Shown: one piece after another, positions 49,204 to 61,071 of the stretch
Numbering within the stretch: position 1 is the stretch's first letter
Layout: every line of letters begins with the position of its first letter
Assembly (NCBI RefSeq): GCF_035084215.1
Contig: NC_090365.1
Coordinates: 2,668,001 to 2,732,000 of the forward strand
Length of the DNA: 64,000 bases
Origin: Heptranchias perlo
Lineage: Eukaryota
Direction: 5' to 3'
The notes under the pieces: model-generated
Told to the model about the DNA's origin: nothing
Database searches by the model: none
The model's input: the letters and a program-made list of their open reading frames with translations, nothing else
Made by a program: the position numbers and the translations under genes

Positions 49204-49771
49204 ATGGGACAGTGTAGAGGGAGCTTCACTCTGTATCTAACCCTGTACCTGCCCTGGGAGTGTTTGATGGGACAGTGTAGAGGGAGCTTCACTCTGTATC
49301 TAACCCTGTACCTGCCCTGGGAGTGTTTGATGGGACAGTGTAGAGGGAGCTTTACTCTGTATCTAACCCTGTACCTTCCCTGGGAGTGTTTGATGGGACA
49401 GTGTAGAGGGAGCTTTACTCTGTATCTAACCCTGTACCTGCCCTGGGAGTGTTTGATGGGACAGTGTAGAGGGAGCTTTACTCTGTATCTAACCCGTGCT
49501 GTACCTGCCCTGGGAGTGTTTGATGGGACAGTGTAGAGGGAGCTTTACTCTGTATCTAACCCTGTACCTGCCCTGGGAGTATTGATGGGACAGTGTAGAG
49601 GGAGCTTTACTCTGTATCTAACCCTGTACCTGCCCTGGGAGTGTTTGATGGGACAGTGTAGAGGGAGCTTTACTCTGTATCTAACCCTGTACCTGCCCTG
49701 GGAGTGTTTGATGGGACAGTGTAGAGGGAGCTTTACTCTGTATCTAACCCTGTACCTGCCCTGGGAGTGTT
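49204..49771. repeat. 63-bp minisatellite, array 2 (about 9 copies)
   Basis: Same unit and orientation as 42676-43158. Confidence 0.95.
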
Positions 49772-51980
49772 TGGAACCAGAAATTTCTTCTTGACTGGAA
49801 CAATGTAACTGGCTTCCAGTGACTACATAGCAGTAGGTTACTGTTGCCACAATGCACCATGTGTTGGGGTATTAACAATAGTGATATTGGTGAGAAAAAG
49901 ATGCTAAAAATGCAGTTTGAAGAGTTGCTTGTTGGTGCAGAAGAATCCACACAGCAGGATGGGCAAACATTCCCACCCAACGTTTGGCCGCCTTTGTGGT
50001 ACTGGTTCGATATTTCTTCATGTGGACATCAAGTGGTGGGAGGTGAGTGTTTAGTTTTGATGGTGAAGTGACCCCTGTCTCCCACCTGTCGAACGACACT
50101 TGTGGTTCCCACCCCCAGAAAGATTTTTTTTTTCTTTCTACTTAACTTGATTTCTTAAAATTAAGGCGGCCAAAGATACTCAACAGATCAAAGTGCTTCG
50201 AAGACCCTGCTTGGAGACACTGAACACCACCTGAGAGTCGGCCTGGACCAGCACTGGGTGGGCTCCAGGCCAATGACCCCCTAAAGACGCCTCAGCTTTG
50301 GGGGCATCACATTGTGCTCCCACCACCCGTAAGGGGATAAATTGTAACCACAGTAAACGCAGACCCAACTATCGCCGTCCAGTCACAACTTCCTCATTGG
50401 TCTCGTTGAGGTTTAAAATCCTTTCTCTTTCCCTCCCAGCCTCGTTATTATCAATCTCTCTGCTGGTTTTGCCTCCATGTTATTTATCCCGAGCTGTGGA
50501 TCTCACCACCTGCTGCTAGTGCCGTAGCGGGGGACACAACAGAGTATAACGGGTCACCCTGTGCTCTCATTCAGCCTCCCCACTGCAGCGCCTCACTCAA
50601 GTGGATTGTTCTACTTTTGGAGCAGGGGAGGCACCCCTGGCCTCTTCTACATGCCAGATTATCACTTGACCATAAAACGTCACAGTAGTGAGCGAGACGA
50701 GGTTTATCCCTCAAAGTACTCGCCCTCAACCCGAAAGGGCAGTGTGGCCAACCTTGGGCAGTGGCGGAGCTAGGTTTGGCCAAAAGGGGGGTGGTGGGGG
50801 GGGGGCGTTGTCCAAGCTTGAGATTTGGCAGGAAGGGGACCACGCTGGGAACCGGGGGGGCGGGGGGATTGTCGACATACCCGGTTTGAAGGCAGAACCG
50901 GGAACCGCACAGACCTGGAGGCCGAAGATGAGGAGGATAGAGGTTCCTGGGAGCGAAATGGAGGCGATCCCCCCCAAATCCAGGTTGGTCGGCCTCAAGG
51001 TGATTGAAGGGAGGGGTCATGACCCTCCCCCCGGTTCCGCAAACGACCTGAGGGGGTTGGTAGAATTGGAGGGAAACCTGGTATTTAACCCTTGGCGTGC
51101 TCCCAATGGGCTCATACTCTACATTCCAATAGATTTTCGACAGAATAAATGTTGAACGTCTAATGACTGTTGCTGGTGATGGAGCACGGGGACACAATGC
51201 TTCCATGTGACATTTCTCCATCCACTAGTTTAACGGAGATGTTAGTTTGTCTCAAGCTGCGTTTGCCGTTGCCGCTAGCAGGAATTTCTAGACAATCACG
51301 GCGATCGGTAGCGAGGGTTTATTGGTTGCTAACCTACTGACGTCAGGGAACATCTTGTTGCCAAGGCCGTGATGTCACAGCACGTTGGGCCTGGTGCTAA
51401 GCTATTCTGACCGTCAGTTTTGATTTTGGTTCTTTCCGAAGTCAGAATTCTCTCAAAAAATCAACCCCTCAATTTATCTGCAGCAAAATGGAGCAACAGT
51501 AACTTGGAGATTCCTGATGACTGTAGAGACTGTTACTTTAAGAGTCTGCCTGACTGACCAGGGGCAGTCAGGCCAGCTCTCCCCCCCGCTCCCCCTCTTT
51601 TTTCCCTTTCTCCTCCCCCAATACAGTGAGTGCCAATGGGCTTGTTCAACCATTGTAGGCATCATAGCCAACCTTATCTTAAGCTTCCCTGTGCACTTCC
51701 TGGCAGGGGTCATCTGCTGGTGACCAGGAGTGAGTAGGTGCCCTGATTCTTTCCTCTTCCCCACTGAAGCTGCCACTTGACCAGCTGAGATCAGCCAACA
51801 GGCCACAGAGCGCAAGGGATAAGCTGGGGCCTAATGGCTCGGTTCCACACTCCTGCCCAACTTGTCCTGGGGGCTCTAAAACGAACTTATCGCTCGTCGT
51901 GCTATAGCCCCCTTTCCTGGTAGCCTTCTAGTCCTTGGTTGCAACGCAACATTGTGAAGAGAATGTGAGACATTTCAGAC

Positions 51981-52251
51981 TAGGGTTGCCAACTCTGCTT
52001 GGACATATTCCTGGAGGTTTCATCACATGACCTCCCGCCTCCAACCGCCCGGCCCGTTTAAAACAGTCTTTTCTCCCCCCACCTCGTTAATTTTTATAAC
52101 GAAAGTGTTCAAAAGAGAATGAGTTAAACACTTTTTTTAAAAATGCCCTCTATGATTTTTCTCCCTGGGGTGTTGCTTACAGCAGTGACTTGGAGATTGA
52201 TCTTTAATTCCTGGAGACTCCAGGCCAGCCCTGGAGGGTTGGTAACCCCTA
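51981..52251 (+). mobile_element. hAT-type MITE with perfect 8-bp TSD TTTCAGAC
   Basis: TSD at 51973-51980 and 52252-52259; TAGGGTTGCCAAC / GTTGGTAACCCCTA termini. Confidence 0.9.
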
Positions 52252-52467
52252 TTTCAGACTTGTATTTTGTTTGTGTGTTTTTTTTTTAAATTTCCATGAT
52301 CATTGTCTTAAATACAATCACAGTGGGACCTCCACACGAGACTGTTGTGTCTCTTGGGACATCTCTCGTTCATCCCTTCCCTTTTTATAACCCGTTAGTC
52401 TTGCTCTCATACAGTTTGACCACAGATGATGTGAATCTGATTTTGAAGAATATATCGGGCTGTATAA

Positions 52468-52473
52468 AATAAA
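52468..52473 (+). promoter_or_regulatory. Candidate distal MARK4 polyadenylation signal AATAAA
   Basis: AATAAA preceded by TGTA in U-rich, 3'UTR-like context; a second AATAAA lies near 51144. Confidence 0.35.
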
Positions 52474-53276
52474 GAAAAACCTGCTTGTAACTGTATTATT
52501 CTGTAGAAAACACTGGTCAAATCTCCAGAGTTTTTAAAAGTGCTAAGTTATTAGACCTTTGGGCCTGTAGGTATGGAATTCAGTTGTATGTATATAAAGA
52601 GTACTTGAAGTTAGCGGCCTGTGTATTGTGGTAAATTCTGCACATGTCCTGATCAAGGTGGGAATGGCGTCTCGGGATTCACTTTCCGATACAACAGGGA
52701 TGCTGCCAATTTTCCCCTGTGCTGTGGATTGAGTTGGGAAAATGTGTCTCCTCCCAATTCCCAGGGTGGAGAGTTCCCAATTTCAGCACGGGATGGGGGG
52801 AGATTACGCCAAGTCATCGCTGGGTGCTCACTTCAGGGTGAGGGTGAATTGCCCCTGGACTGTGTCTTGAGACAATTTACTATATTAAAGATGCAATATA
52901 AAAGTAAGTTGTTTACTAAAGAGGTATTAGCAGAGGTCTGGCTACGTTCTCTCCCCTGGAAGCAGTGCTTCACGTCTCGGGGTGTCACCCACCGACCCAC
53001 CCAACTGCCCCTTCCTTCCCTCATGGCCCCAGACAGTGAGCATTGGCCAATTATCCTTTCTCTACCCCAATATCCACGCACGCACTCTGCCGTCCAGTAT
53101 CCCCTGCTGGAACCGGGAACGGGAGCTTCTGTCAGATTTCTGCCCTGGCCAACACGGAGGCCATTTGTGCACTGACCGCCACCCCAGTAAACTCAGCACA
53201 GACCACAGATTGAAGCCAGGACTAACCTGATGTGTGTTTCTAGAGAACCATACACAAATAGTGCAAATACCCACTG

Positions 53277-53498
53277 AACAAAGGGTGGTAGAAGTGTGGA
53301 ACTCTCTCCCACAAAAAGCAGTAGATGCTGGATCAATTTATAATTTTAAGCCCGAGATCGATAGATTTTTGCTAGCCAAGGGCATTTTGGGATATGAAGT
53401 CAAGGCAGGTAGATGGAGTTAGGATACAGATCAGCCATTATCTCATTGAATGGCGGAACAGGATCGAGGGACTGAATGGCCTACTCATGTTTCCTATG
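53277..53498 (+). mobile_element. CR1 LINE 3' fragment
   Basis: QRVVEVWNSLPQKAV and CR1 tail. Confidence 0.8.
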
Positions 53499-53723
53499 AG
53501 TTCATCCTTTCCCTCTATATCCTCTTCCATTGCTCACATGTTACAATCTTCACCTTTGTACTAATGTCCCGGCATTCCCCTCCTCTCCCGCCCCCCCTCC
53601 TCCCTTTCACTGCTCTGATCTCGCTGGGGGAATAAATGCTCTGAGCCCATGGATCCTGTGTGGCTTCAGCCATTGCTGCGTGGACTTGTGAGCAGAGTTT
53701 GCCCACCTTCCCCTGTTGTGATG

Positions 53724-53822
53724 ATTGTAAACAATTTTACAACACCAAGTTATAGTCCAGCAATTTTATTTTAAATTCACAAGCTTTCGGAGGCTTCCTC
53801 CTTCGTCAGGTGAACGATGTGA
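53724..53822 (-). mobile_element. Penelope-like element terminal (pLTR) fragment
   Basis: Hammerhead-like core followed by AATAAA and GGACTATAACTTGGTGTTGT, an arrangement I recognise from vertebrate Penelope termini. Confidence 0.7.
53776..53814 (-). ncRNA. Minimal type I hammerhead ribozyme motif (Penelope-associated)
   Basis: UUCAC-CUGACGA-A-GGAGG(AAG)CCUCC-GAAA-GC-UU-GUGAA: stems I and II pair, catalytic boxes present, palindromic AGCU stem III. Confidence 0.7.
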
Positions 53823-53869
53823 AAAAGCATTGAGCTTGGCACCATATTCCCTCTTGAGTTTCCAGAGAG

Positions 53870-54121
53870 TGATTTAAGATAATTGGCAAAGTAACCAGAA
53901 GGGGGAGATGAGGAGAAATTTTTTTATGCAGCGAGTTGTGATGATCTGGAATGCGCTGCCTGAAAGGGCGGGGGAAGCAGATTCAATAATAACTTTCAAA
54001 AGGGAATTGGATAAATAGTTGAAGGGTAAGGGGAGTGGGTCTAATTGGGCAGCTCTTTCAAAGAGCTGGCATAGGTACGATGGGCCAAATGGCCTCCTTC
54101 TATGGTGTATCATTTTATGAT
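53870..54121 (+). mobile_element. CR1 LINE 3' fragment
   Basis: Homologous to 31925-32205. Confidence 0.8.
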
Positions 54122-55061
54122 TGGAAGGTCAACCAGTGAAGGCAGATCAGTCAGACCTGGGTTCAATCTTAGGTCCTTAGTTTGAGACTGAATCTTCCAA
54201 CCTCAGTTATCCGAGGTGCATCACATCAATCGTTTCTCATATGTTTTAGTTTTCTTTGAGAAATTTGCACCAAGGCCTGTGTTCTAGGATACCCAAGGGT
54301 GCGAGAGATGAGATAAATCAAGAAATGGCGGTTAGGGGATGCTGAGATGCTTTCAGGAGGAGAAAACCGCGACGTTTAAGGAGCTCTACAGTTTAGAAGC
54401 CCTGGATTATGGACAAATGAAACGGTGAGAGGACACGAGCAGGTTTACTTTATCCACTTAGACCAATGTTATCCTGTCGAGGTCACTGACTCGCCACAAG
54501 TATGGCTACGGTGATACTGTTTTAACAGATGCTCTAAATGTGCTTCACACGTGTACATTTACTAAACAAACATTGACCTCTATTCAGTAATCGAGAACGT
54601 AAACCACAAAACACTCACACTCTGCTTTGTTATTTTACCAACAAAAACACAAAAAGGTTAAAGTTCACATGCACACGCCATGTGACTGAGATCACCTGTC
54701 TGCTGTCTATTACTCATTGTTTTTATTTACAAATCAGCAATGCAATTAACCACATCTGGATCCCCAATTAGCCAGATGTGGCTGCTGGCTAATGGTTTTG
54801 GATAGCACTGATTTGGACGGTGCAGTTTCATGCACCATTGCTATTAACGTTAACCTCTGGAGCTGTTAAATCCTGTATTAACGTACTGTTTTACTCCCAG
54901 CTGAGAGGAGTCATTGCACAGCTTAGAATATTATTTCCACTTTCTCTTAAAATCAGCATCGAGCACATCACCCTGTGCCTCCCCCCAGCTCTGCTGTAGT
55001 TTGGATATCATCTACCAGTCACTAAAAATGGCGGTGGTTGGGTAGTAGGAATTTTGGTGTA

Positions 55062-55565
55062 GCCCTCCGTAAACTTGAGCTCGTTCAAAACTTGCTGCCC
55101 ATATCCCGACTCGCACCAAGTCCCATTCACCCATCACCCTCTGTGCTCACTGACCCACATTGGCTCTCTGTCTGGCAGCACCTTGATTTAAAAATTCCCA
55201 TCCTTGTTTTCAAATCCCTCCATTGCCTCGCCCACCCTCCCTATCTCTGTAACCTCCTCCAGCCCGACAACCCTCCGGGGTCTCTGCGATCCTCCAATTC
55301 TGGCCTCCTGCACATCCTGGATTTTCATCACTCCACCATTGGCGGCCGTGCCTTCAGCTGCCTCAGCCCTAAGCTCTGGAATTCCCTCCCTAAACCTCTC
55401 CGCCTCTCTTGCTTTAAGATGCTCCTTAAAACCTTCCTCTTTGACCAAGCTTTTGGTCGCCTGTCCCAATATCTCCTTCTGTGGCTCGGTGTCAAATTTT
55501 GTTTGATAATCGCTCCTGTGAAGCGTTTTATTCCGTTAAAGGCTCTATATAAATGCAAGTTGTTG
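55062..55565 (+). mobile_element. L2 LINE 3' fragment
   Basis: LRKLELVQN...VFKSLH...KLWNSLP...LFDQAF and L2 tail. Confidence 0.88.
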
Positions 55566-56643
55566 TGAGGGATGTTTGTGTCGGGAAATGCAGTAATCTC
55601 CCACCTTTTGACAAGTCCCCACCGTTTACACCGGCCATGCTTATTACAGGCAGCTATTTATAATCGGACAATTACCAGTGACCAGTTTCCATCAGCATTA
55701 ATGTCCATTGGAAAGATGCTGCTTATGGTGCATTTCCTGCGCTGGATTAGATCGGCCATACACAAGGATAACCTCTTATATCGCCATCTTTTAAAGATTA
55801 GCGCTTGACTGGGCGGCTGAAGTTAATTAAACAATACTCCAAGACTGGGAACTTTATGGTTACCAGGACGACACTGACACAGATACACTTAAGGGGAAGC
55901 TGGATAAGTACATGAGGCAGAAAGGAGTAGAAGGATACACCAATAGGGTGAGATGAAGTGAGAGGGGCCTCGTGTGGAGCATAAATAATAAAAAGATAAA
56001 TCAGTCTGTCACGATGGGTGCTGCAAGATTACTCTCGTGTCCTAATTGTAAAGAATAGTTTATTCTGGTGGTTAAAGGGGACATTGTTTTCACGCAGAAG
56101 CCTACGATAAACGTTTGCCATTTGCAATGACTGATTAACTGTCCATCTCTACTAGTGGGCAAATCTCGTTCCAACGCAGCCACTTTTAGCAGTGGAGGCT
56201 GTTTCAATGTCGAGTGTCCCCGGGTGACATCTGGCATTGGTTAAATGTGCCCCGCCCTGTGCCATTATCTGTGAATAGCATTTCCAGTGTGACCCAGCCA
56301 ATCCTGAAGGCCCCTCTCGGTTTAGGTTTAGTGCAATAAGGTGGCAGACTTACTTCAATTAGTCGAAGCTAGATTCGACCCTAAATTCTGAGGTGAGAGG
56401 TCATTGATCTAAACTAGTGGGTTGCTCACTTCAGGCAAATGCCAATCAAGACCAGTGAATTCACCTCAACTGCAGTCAAATAAACTAATTGAGAGGGGCT
56501 AGCTTCTGTTGAAAATTCATCATTATTATAGTTTAAAATGATCAGGTTAGAATTTGTGATTATTTCCGAAGTTAACATGCCCCATTTCTACAGTGGCCCA
56601 ACTCATCGACACAAGACAAGAGACCAAAGTTTTGGGGCCATGT

Positions 56644-56649
56644 TTTATT
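56644..56649 (-). promoter_or_regulatory. CKM polyadenylation signal AATAAA
   Basis: TTTATT on +, about 185 nt after the stop codon, followed by a GT/T-rich tract on the - strand. Confidence 0.8.
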
Positions 56650-56832
56650 AATGTGCCATCAATGTTAAAAGTTAACTCTTGTACATGATGAAACCAATCT
56701 TGCATTTTTCTTCAAAGATGTCATCCTCATTTCAGACACAAGGCCGTGGCCAAGAAGTATAGGAGTAAGAACCTGTCTCCAAAGTTCATGACCTGTGATG
56801 TTCCAAGAGAGTTCCTTTCCCCCTCCTTTTGT

Positions 56833-57011
56833 TTACTTCTGCGCTGGCATTAGGTCATCGATACTCTTTCCTTTCTCCAAATGCTTCTCCATCTCAATCA
56901 TCAGCTTCACGCCATCAACCACCATCTGGACTTGTTCAACCTCTGAGAAACCCAGACGATCGGCGTTGGAGATGTCGTAGACGCTGCCAACGGCTGCAGT
57001 GTCGACACCGC
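56833..57011 (-). CDS. CKM: CKM exon 8 coding part ([21 protein letters not shown]...IDDLMPAQK*)
   Basis: tgctag| acceptor; TAA at 56835-56833. Confidence 0.96.
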
Positions 57012-57514
57012 CTAGCAGGCCGAAAGAAAGTGTTTATAAGTATACCGTTGAACAACGTACGTCACCAACAGCGCAAGAGAGACCTGCACCGCAGTAGCAT
57101 CTCATCACATCTCCCAAACACCCTAAAATGCTTCATGTATCCTGACTTGCTCGGATGTACAGTTGGCCAAAACGGCAGCCATTTCGTTTATGTTGGCCAA
57201 AACGGCAGCCATTTTGTTTATGTTCAGCCAGGATGGCAGCCAGTCACATCCCACAAATAAATTGATCCTTCATCTGATGGTTATCGGTTTTTGGTGGTGG
57301 TTGAGGGCAGTGGTGGGAGGGGGGATTTCAGCCAGGACACTGGGAGAATGTTCTACGCTCCACTGTGCCAGAAGGTCTTCACTATCCACGGGAATTGGCA
57401 GACAAGACCTCATTTTAATACAGCAGCCGAAGGACTCTGCTTCCAACATGCAGCGCTCCCTCATTACTGCACTGGAGTTCACTGAATCGAATACTGGACA
57501 ACATATACCAAAGG

Positions 57515-57945
57515 AGGGGAGAGAGGCGGAGAGGTTTAGGAGGGGAACAGAGCTTAGGGCCCAGGCAGCTGAAGGCACGGCCGCCAATGGTGGGGCAAAG
57601 GAAATCGGGGATGTGCAGGAGGCCAGAGCTCTCGGAGGGTTGTAGGGCTGGAGGAGGTTACAGAGATAGGGAGAGGTGAGGGCTAAGGAGGGATTCGAAA
57701 ACAAGAATGAGAATTTTAAAACCGAGGCATTCCCAGACCGGGAGCCAATGTCGGTCAGCGACCACAGGGGGTGATGGGTGAACGGGACTTGGTGCGAGTT
57801 AGGATACGGGGGGCAGCAGAGTTTTGGATGAGCTCAAGTTTATGGAGGGTGGAAGATGGGAGGCCGGCCTGGAGAGCATTGGAATAGTCGAGTCTGGAGG
57901 TAACAAAGGCATGGATGAGGGGGTCAGCAGATGAGCTGAGGCAGC
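57515..57945 (-). mobile_element. L2 LINE fragment in CKM intron 7
   Basis: [32 protein letters not shown]. Confidence 0.88.
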
Positions 57946-58172
57946 AAACCATTAATGTCTGGCCTCAGGAGGCAAGAGTGTTATCAATTGAGCCAAACTG
58001 GCACTAGGAGTTATTGGATAACAGAGCAAGACTGTTGGGGTGAGTTTTTCTCCTCCCTATTGCAGGGGGCACCAAGGCCAACTGAGGGACAGCCAATTGC
58101 TGTCCTGGTCGAGCGTTAATGCAGCATAGACAAGGGGTGGAACTGGGGAAATGAAGCCACGCGGGGCCTTAC

Positions 58173-58362
58173 CTGTGCCACGCTTCTGCAGTCTTGTTCT
58201 CTTGAGGACCTCTTCAAATTTCTCGTGCTTGCACAGGTGAGGGATCTTAACATGGACACCACCTCGGAGGCCTGTCCCCAGGTTGGATGGGCAGGTCAGG
58301 ACATAACCAAGATGCTCGTTCCACATGAAACCACGGCCAGCCTTTATGAAAATATCTTCAAT
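58173..58362 (-). CDS. CKM: CKM exon 7 ([31 protein letters not shown]...QKRGT)
   Basis: aaacag|...|gtaagg, 190 nt; reactive-Cys signature CPSNLGT. Confidence 0.96.
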
Positions 58363-58410
58363 CTGTTTCGGGGGAAGAGCGTTATAGTTTTATATTTAAG
58401 CTGCATTATT

Positions 58411-58650
58411 ACATAGAGTTTACAGCACAAAAACAGGCCATTCAGCCTAACTGGTTTATGCTCCACGCGAGCCCCCTCCCTCCCTCCCTATCAGCATATC
58501 CTTCTATTCCTTTCTCCCTCATGTGTTTATCCAGCTTCCCATTAAATCCATCTACACTATCTGCCTCAACTACTCCTTGTGGTAGCGAGTTCCACATTCT
58601 CACCACTCTGTGGGTAAAGGAGTTTCTCCTGAATTCCCGATTGGATTTAT
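58411..58650 (-). mobile_element. CR1 LINE 3' fragment in CKM intron 6
   Basis: Reverse complement of the 35830-36090 subfamily. Confidence 0.8.
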
Positions 58651-58956
58651 CAGTTTATTTATTTATTTATTGAGACGGGAGGAGTGTACCGTGACCTCCT
58701 TACAAGAAAGCAGCTTCTATCCCCGCCTCCAATTTCCTCCTTTCATGCAGACACAGACGATGGCCCCGTCGCCACTGGCTACACCACTGCCCCATGATGA
58801 AGTGGCTATTCTTCAAGTGTAGGCTAGACTGAGACTTCTCAACTGCGGAGTCTTTAGAATCAGGTCCAGCCATGTCCTCGCCCAGTGTCCACACGCGTGG
58901 GCACTGAAGACAGGGGTCGCCGGGAGAGCTGGAATGCAATAACCAAAACTCCATAC

Positions 58957-59080
58957 CGTCTTCAGGCCAACGCAGAAGCGTCTGAAGACCTCCTTCATGT
59001 TGCCCCCCTTCTGCATAGAGATGACACGGAGATGGTCCTCCTCGTTGACCCAGACCAGGAAGGACTTCTCATCGTTGTGC
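58957..59080 (-). CDS. CKM: CKM exon 6 ([41 protein letters not shown])
   Basis: aaatag|...|gtatgg, 124 nt; NEED motif. Confidence 0.96.
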
Positions 59081-59599
59081 CTATTTCAAAAAAAAGTGTG
59101 AAGCCTGAAATTATTCAAGTATCAGAGGAGCTGAAGATAACAACACAAGTGCCATATTAAATATACCCTTCCACCTCAGGCTCGTCAACAACCTGGACCC
59201 AATTCTTGGTAACTATGGAAAGGAGCTTCCAATATTTCTCTTATCTACGAGAACCCCCAAGTCCCGCCCTGCCTCGATTCTGGTCTTTGAATCTTTCTCT
59301 CCTTCCTTTCAAACTCTACTTCTCTACCTCTGTCTCTCCGCACAAACACACTGGTTGCCTAGTAATGGCAGGCAAACTCAGGGGCCAATTATGGCTCGCA
59401 TCCAATGTGAGTTGCGCTGGATGCCCACATGATGGGAGGGTGCGACACAGAGGCCAGGCTATGTGACATGTCCAGGGCGCCTTAGTGTGGCTGTCACAAC
59501 GCAAAGGATGCCAAGGGTATAAACTGTACACAAATGGTTAATAAAGTCCTGAAAAACAAATTAGATTAGCTCCCCCTAAACCCCCTGTACTAGGTGTTA

Positions 59600-60682
59600 A
59601 TTTTACCAGAACTAAGGGCTGATATCAATCAGGAAAGATTGAACAGGCTGGAGCTCTTTTCTCTAGAAGAGAGAAGGCTGAGGGGTGACCCTTTAGAGGT
59701 CTTTAAGATTATGAAAGGGTTTGATAGGGTAGATGTAGAGATGTTCCCACTTATTGAGGTGTCCAAAACTAGGGGCCATAAATATAAGATAGTCCCTAAT
59801 AAATCAGAAAGGGAATTCAGGAGAAACCACCCAGAGAGTGGTTGGAATGTGGAACTCGCTCCCACAAGGAGTGGTTGAGGTGAATAGTGTAGATGCATTT
59901 AAGGGGAAGCCAGATAAACACATGAGGGAGAAAGGAATAGAAGGAGATGCTGATAGGATTAAATAAAGCAGGGAGGAAGGAGGCTCGTGTGGAACATAAA
60001 CACTGGCATAGGCCAGTTGGGCCGAATGGCCTGTTTCCTTTATTGGCCTTTATTGCAAGGGGGGTTGGAGTACCAAGGTAAGGAAGTCTTGCTACAATTG
60101 TACAGAGCTTTGGTGAGACCTCACCTGGAGTACTGCGTACAGTTTTGGTCTCCTTATCTAAGGAAGGATAGACTTGCCTTAGAGGCTGTGCAATGAAGGT
60201 TCACTGGATTAATTCCTGGGATGAGAGGGTTGTCCTATGAGGAGAGATTGAGTAGAATGGGCCCATACTCTCTGGAGTTTAGAAGAATGAGAGGTGATCT
60301 CATTGAAACATAAGATTATGAGGGGGCTTGACAGGGTAGAGGCTGAGAGGTTGTTTCCCCTGGCTGGAGAGTCCAGAACCAGGGGGCATAGTCGCTGGAT
60401 AGGGGGTCGGCCATTTAAGACTTGAGATGAGGAGGAATTTCTTCACGCAGAGGGTTGTGAATCTTTGGAATTCTCTACCCCAGAGGGCTGTGGATGCTGA
60501 GTCATTGAATATATTCAAGACGGAGATGAATAGATTTTTGGACTCTAGGGGAATCAAGGGATATGGGGATCAGGCGGGAAAGTGGAGTTGAGGTTGAAGG
60601 TCAGCCATGATCTTATTGAATGGCAGAGCAGGCTCGAGGGGCCGAATGGCCGACTCCTGCTCCTATTTCTTACGTTCTTATG
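59600..60682 (+). mobile_element. Two tandem CR1 3' fragments in CKM intron 5
   Basis: LFSLEERRLRGD and [20 protein letters not shown] motifs; two CR1 tails. Confidence 0.88.
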
Positions 60683-60716
60683 TGCTGTACATTCTATACA
60701 CTTTGCCATCACTTAC

Positions 60717-60888
60717 CAAATTCCTCTGCCGTCAGGCCAGTCACGAGCCATACCAGAGGCGAGGAGCAGGGGAGAGATGGGCTTGTCAAACAAGAAGTGG
60801 TCGTCAATCAGCTGCTGCTGTTCAGCATCAGACATGCTTGACAGGGGGTAATATTTACCCTTTAATTCACCAGTCAGGCTGTTGAGGG
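60717..60888 (-). CDS. CKM: CKM exon 5 ([15 protein letters not shown]...[11 protein letters not shown])
   Basis: tggcag|...|gtaagt, 172 nt. Confidence 0.96.
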
Positions 60889-61071
60889 CTGCCAATAAGA
60901 ATCAGACATTAAACCTTCAATGCGAGCGACCAGCGGTTAAATCTTTCACAGGCAGAAGCCCAATACTAGGTCTGATATCATCACAAACTGTCACCCCACC
61001 AGCGCCTGCTCAGAAAAAGGAAGGTGAACGGACAGGTTTCAATTTAATTGTCACAGCCAAACCCGAAGAAC

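Noticed and set aside
50688..51155. 155-aa ORF ending at an AATAAA
   Set aside because: GTG start, G-run composition and no recognisable family; a tBLASTn hit in other sharks would be needed to revive it.
57162..57241. 30-bp tandem duplication in CKM intron 7
   Set aside because: Ordinary local slippage with no functional signal.
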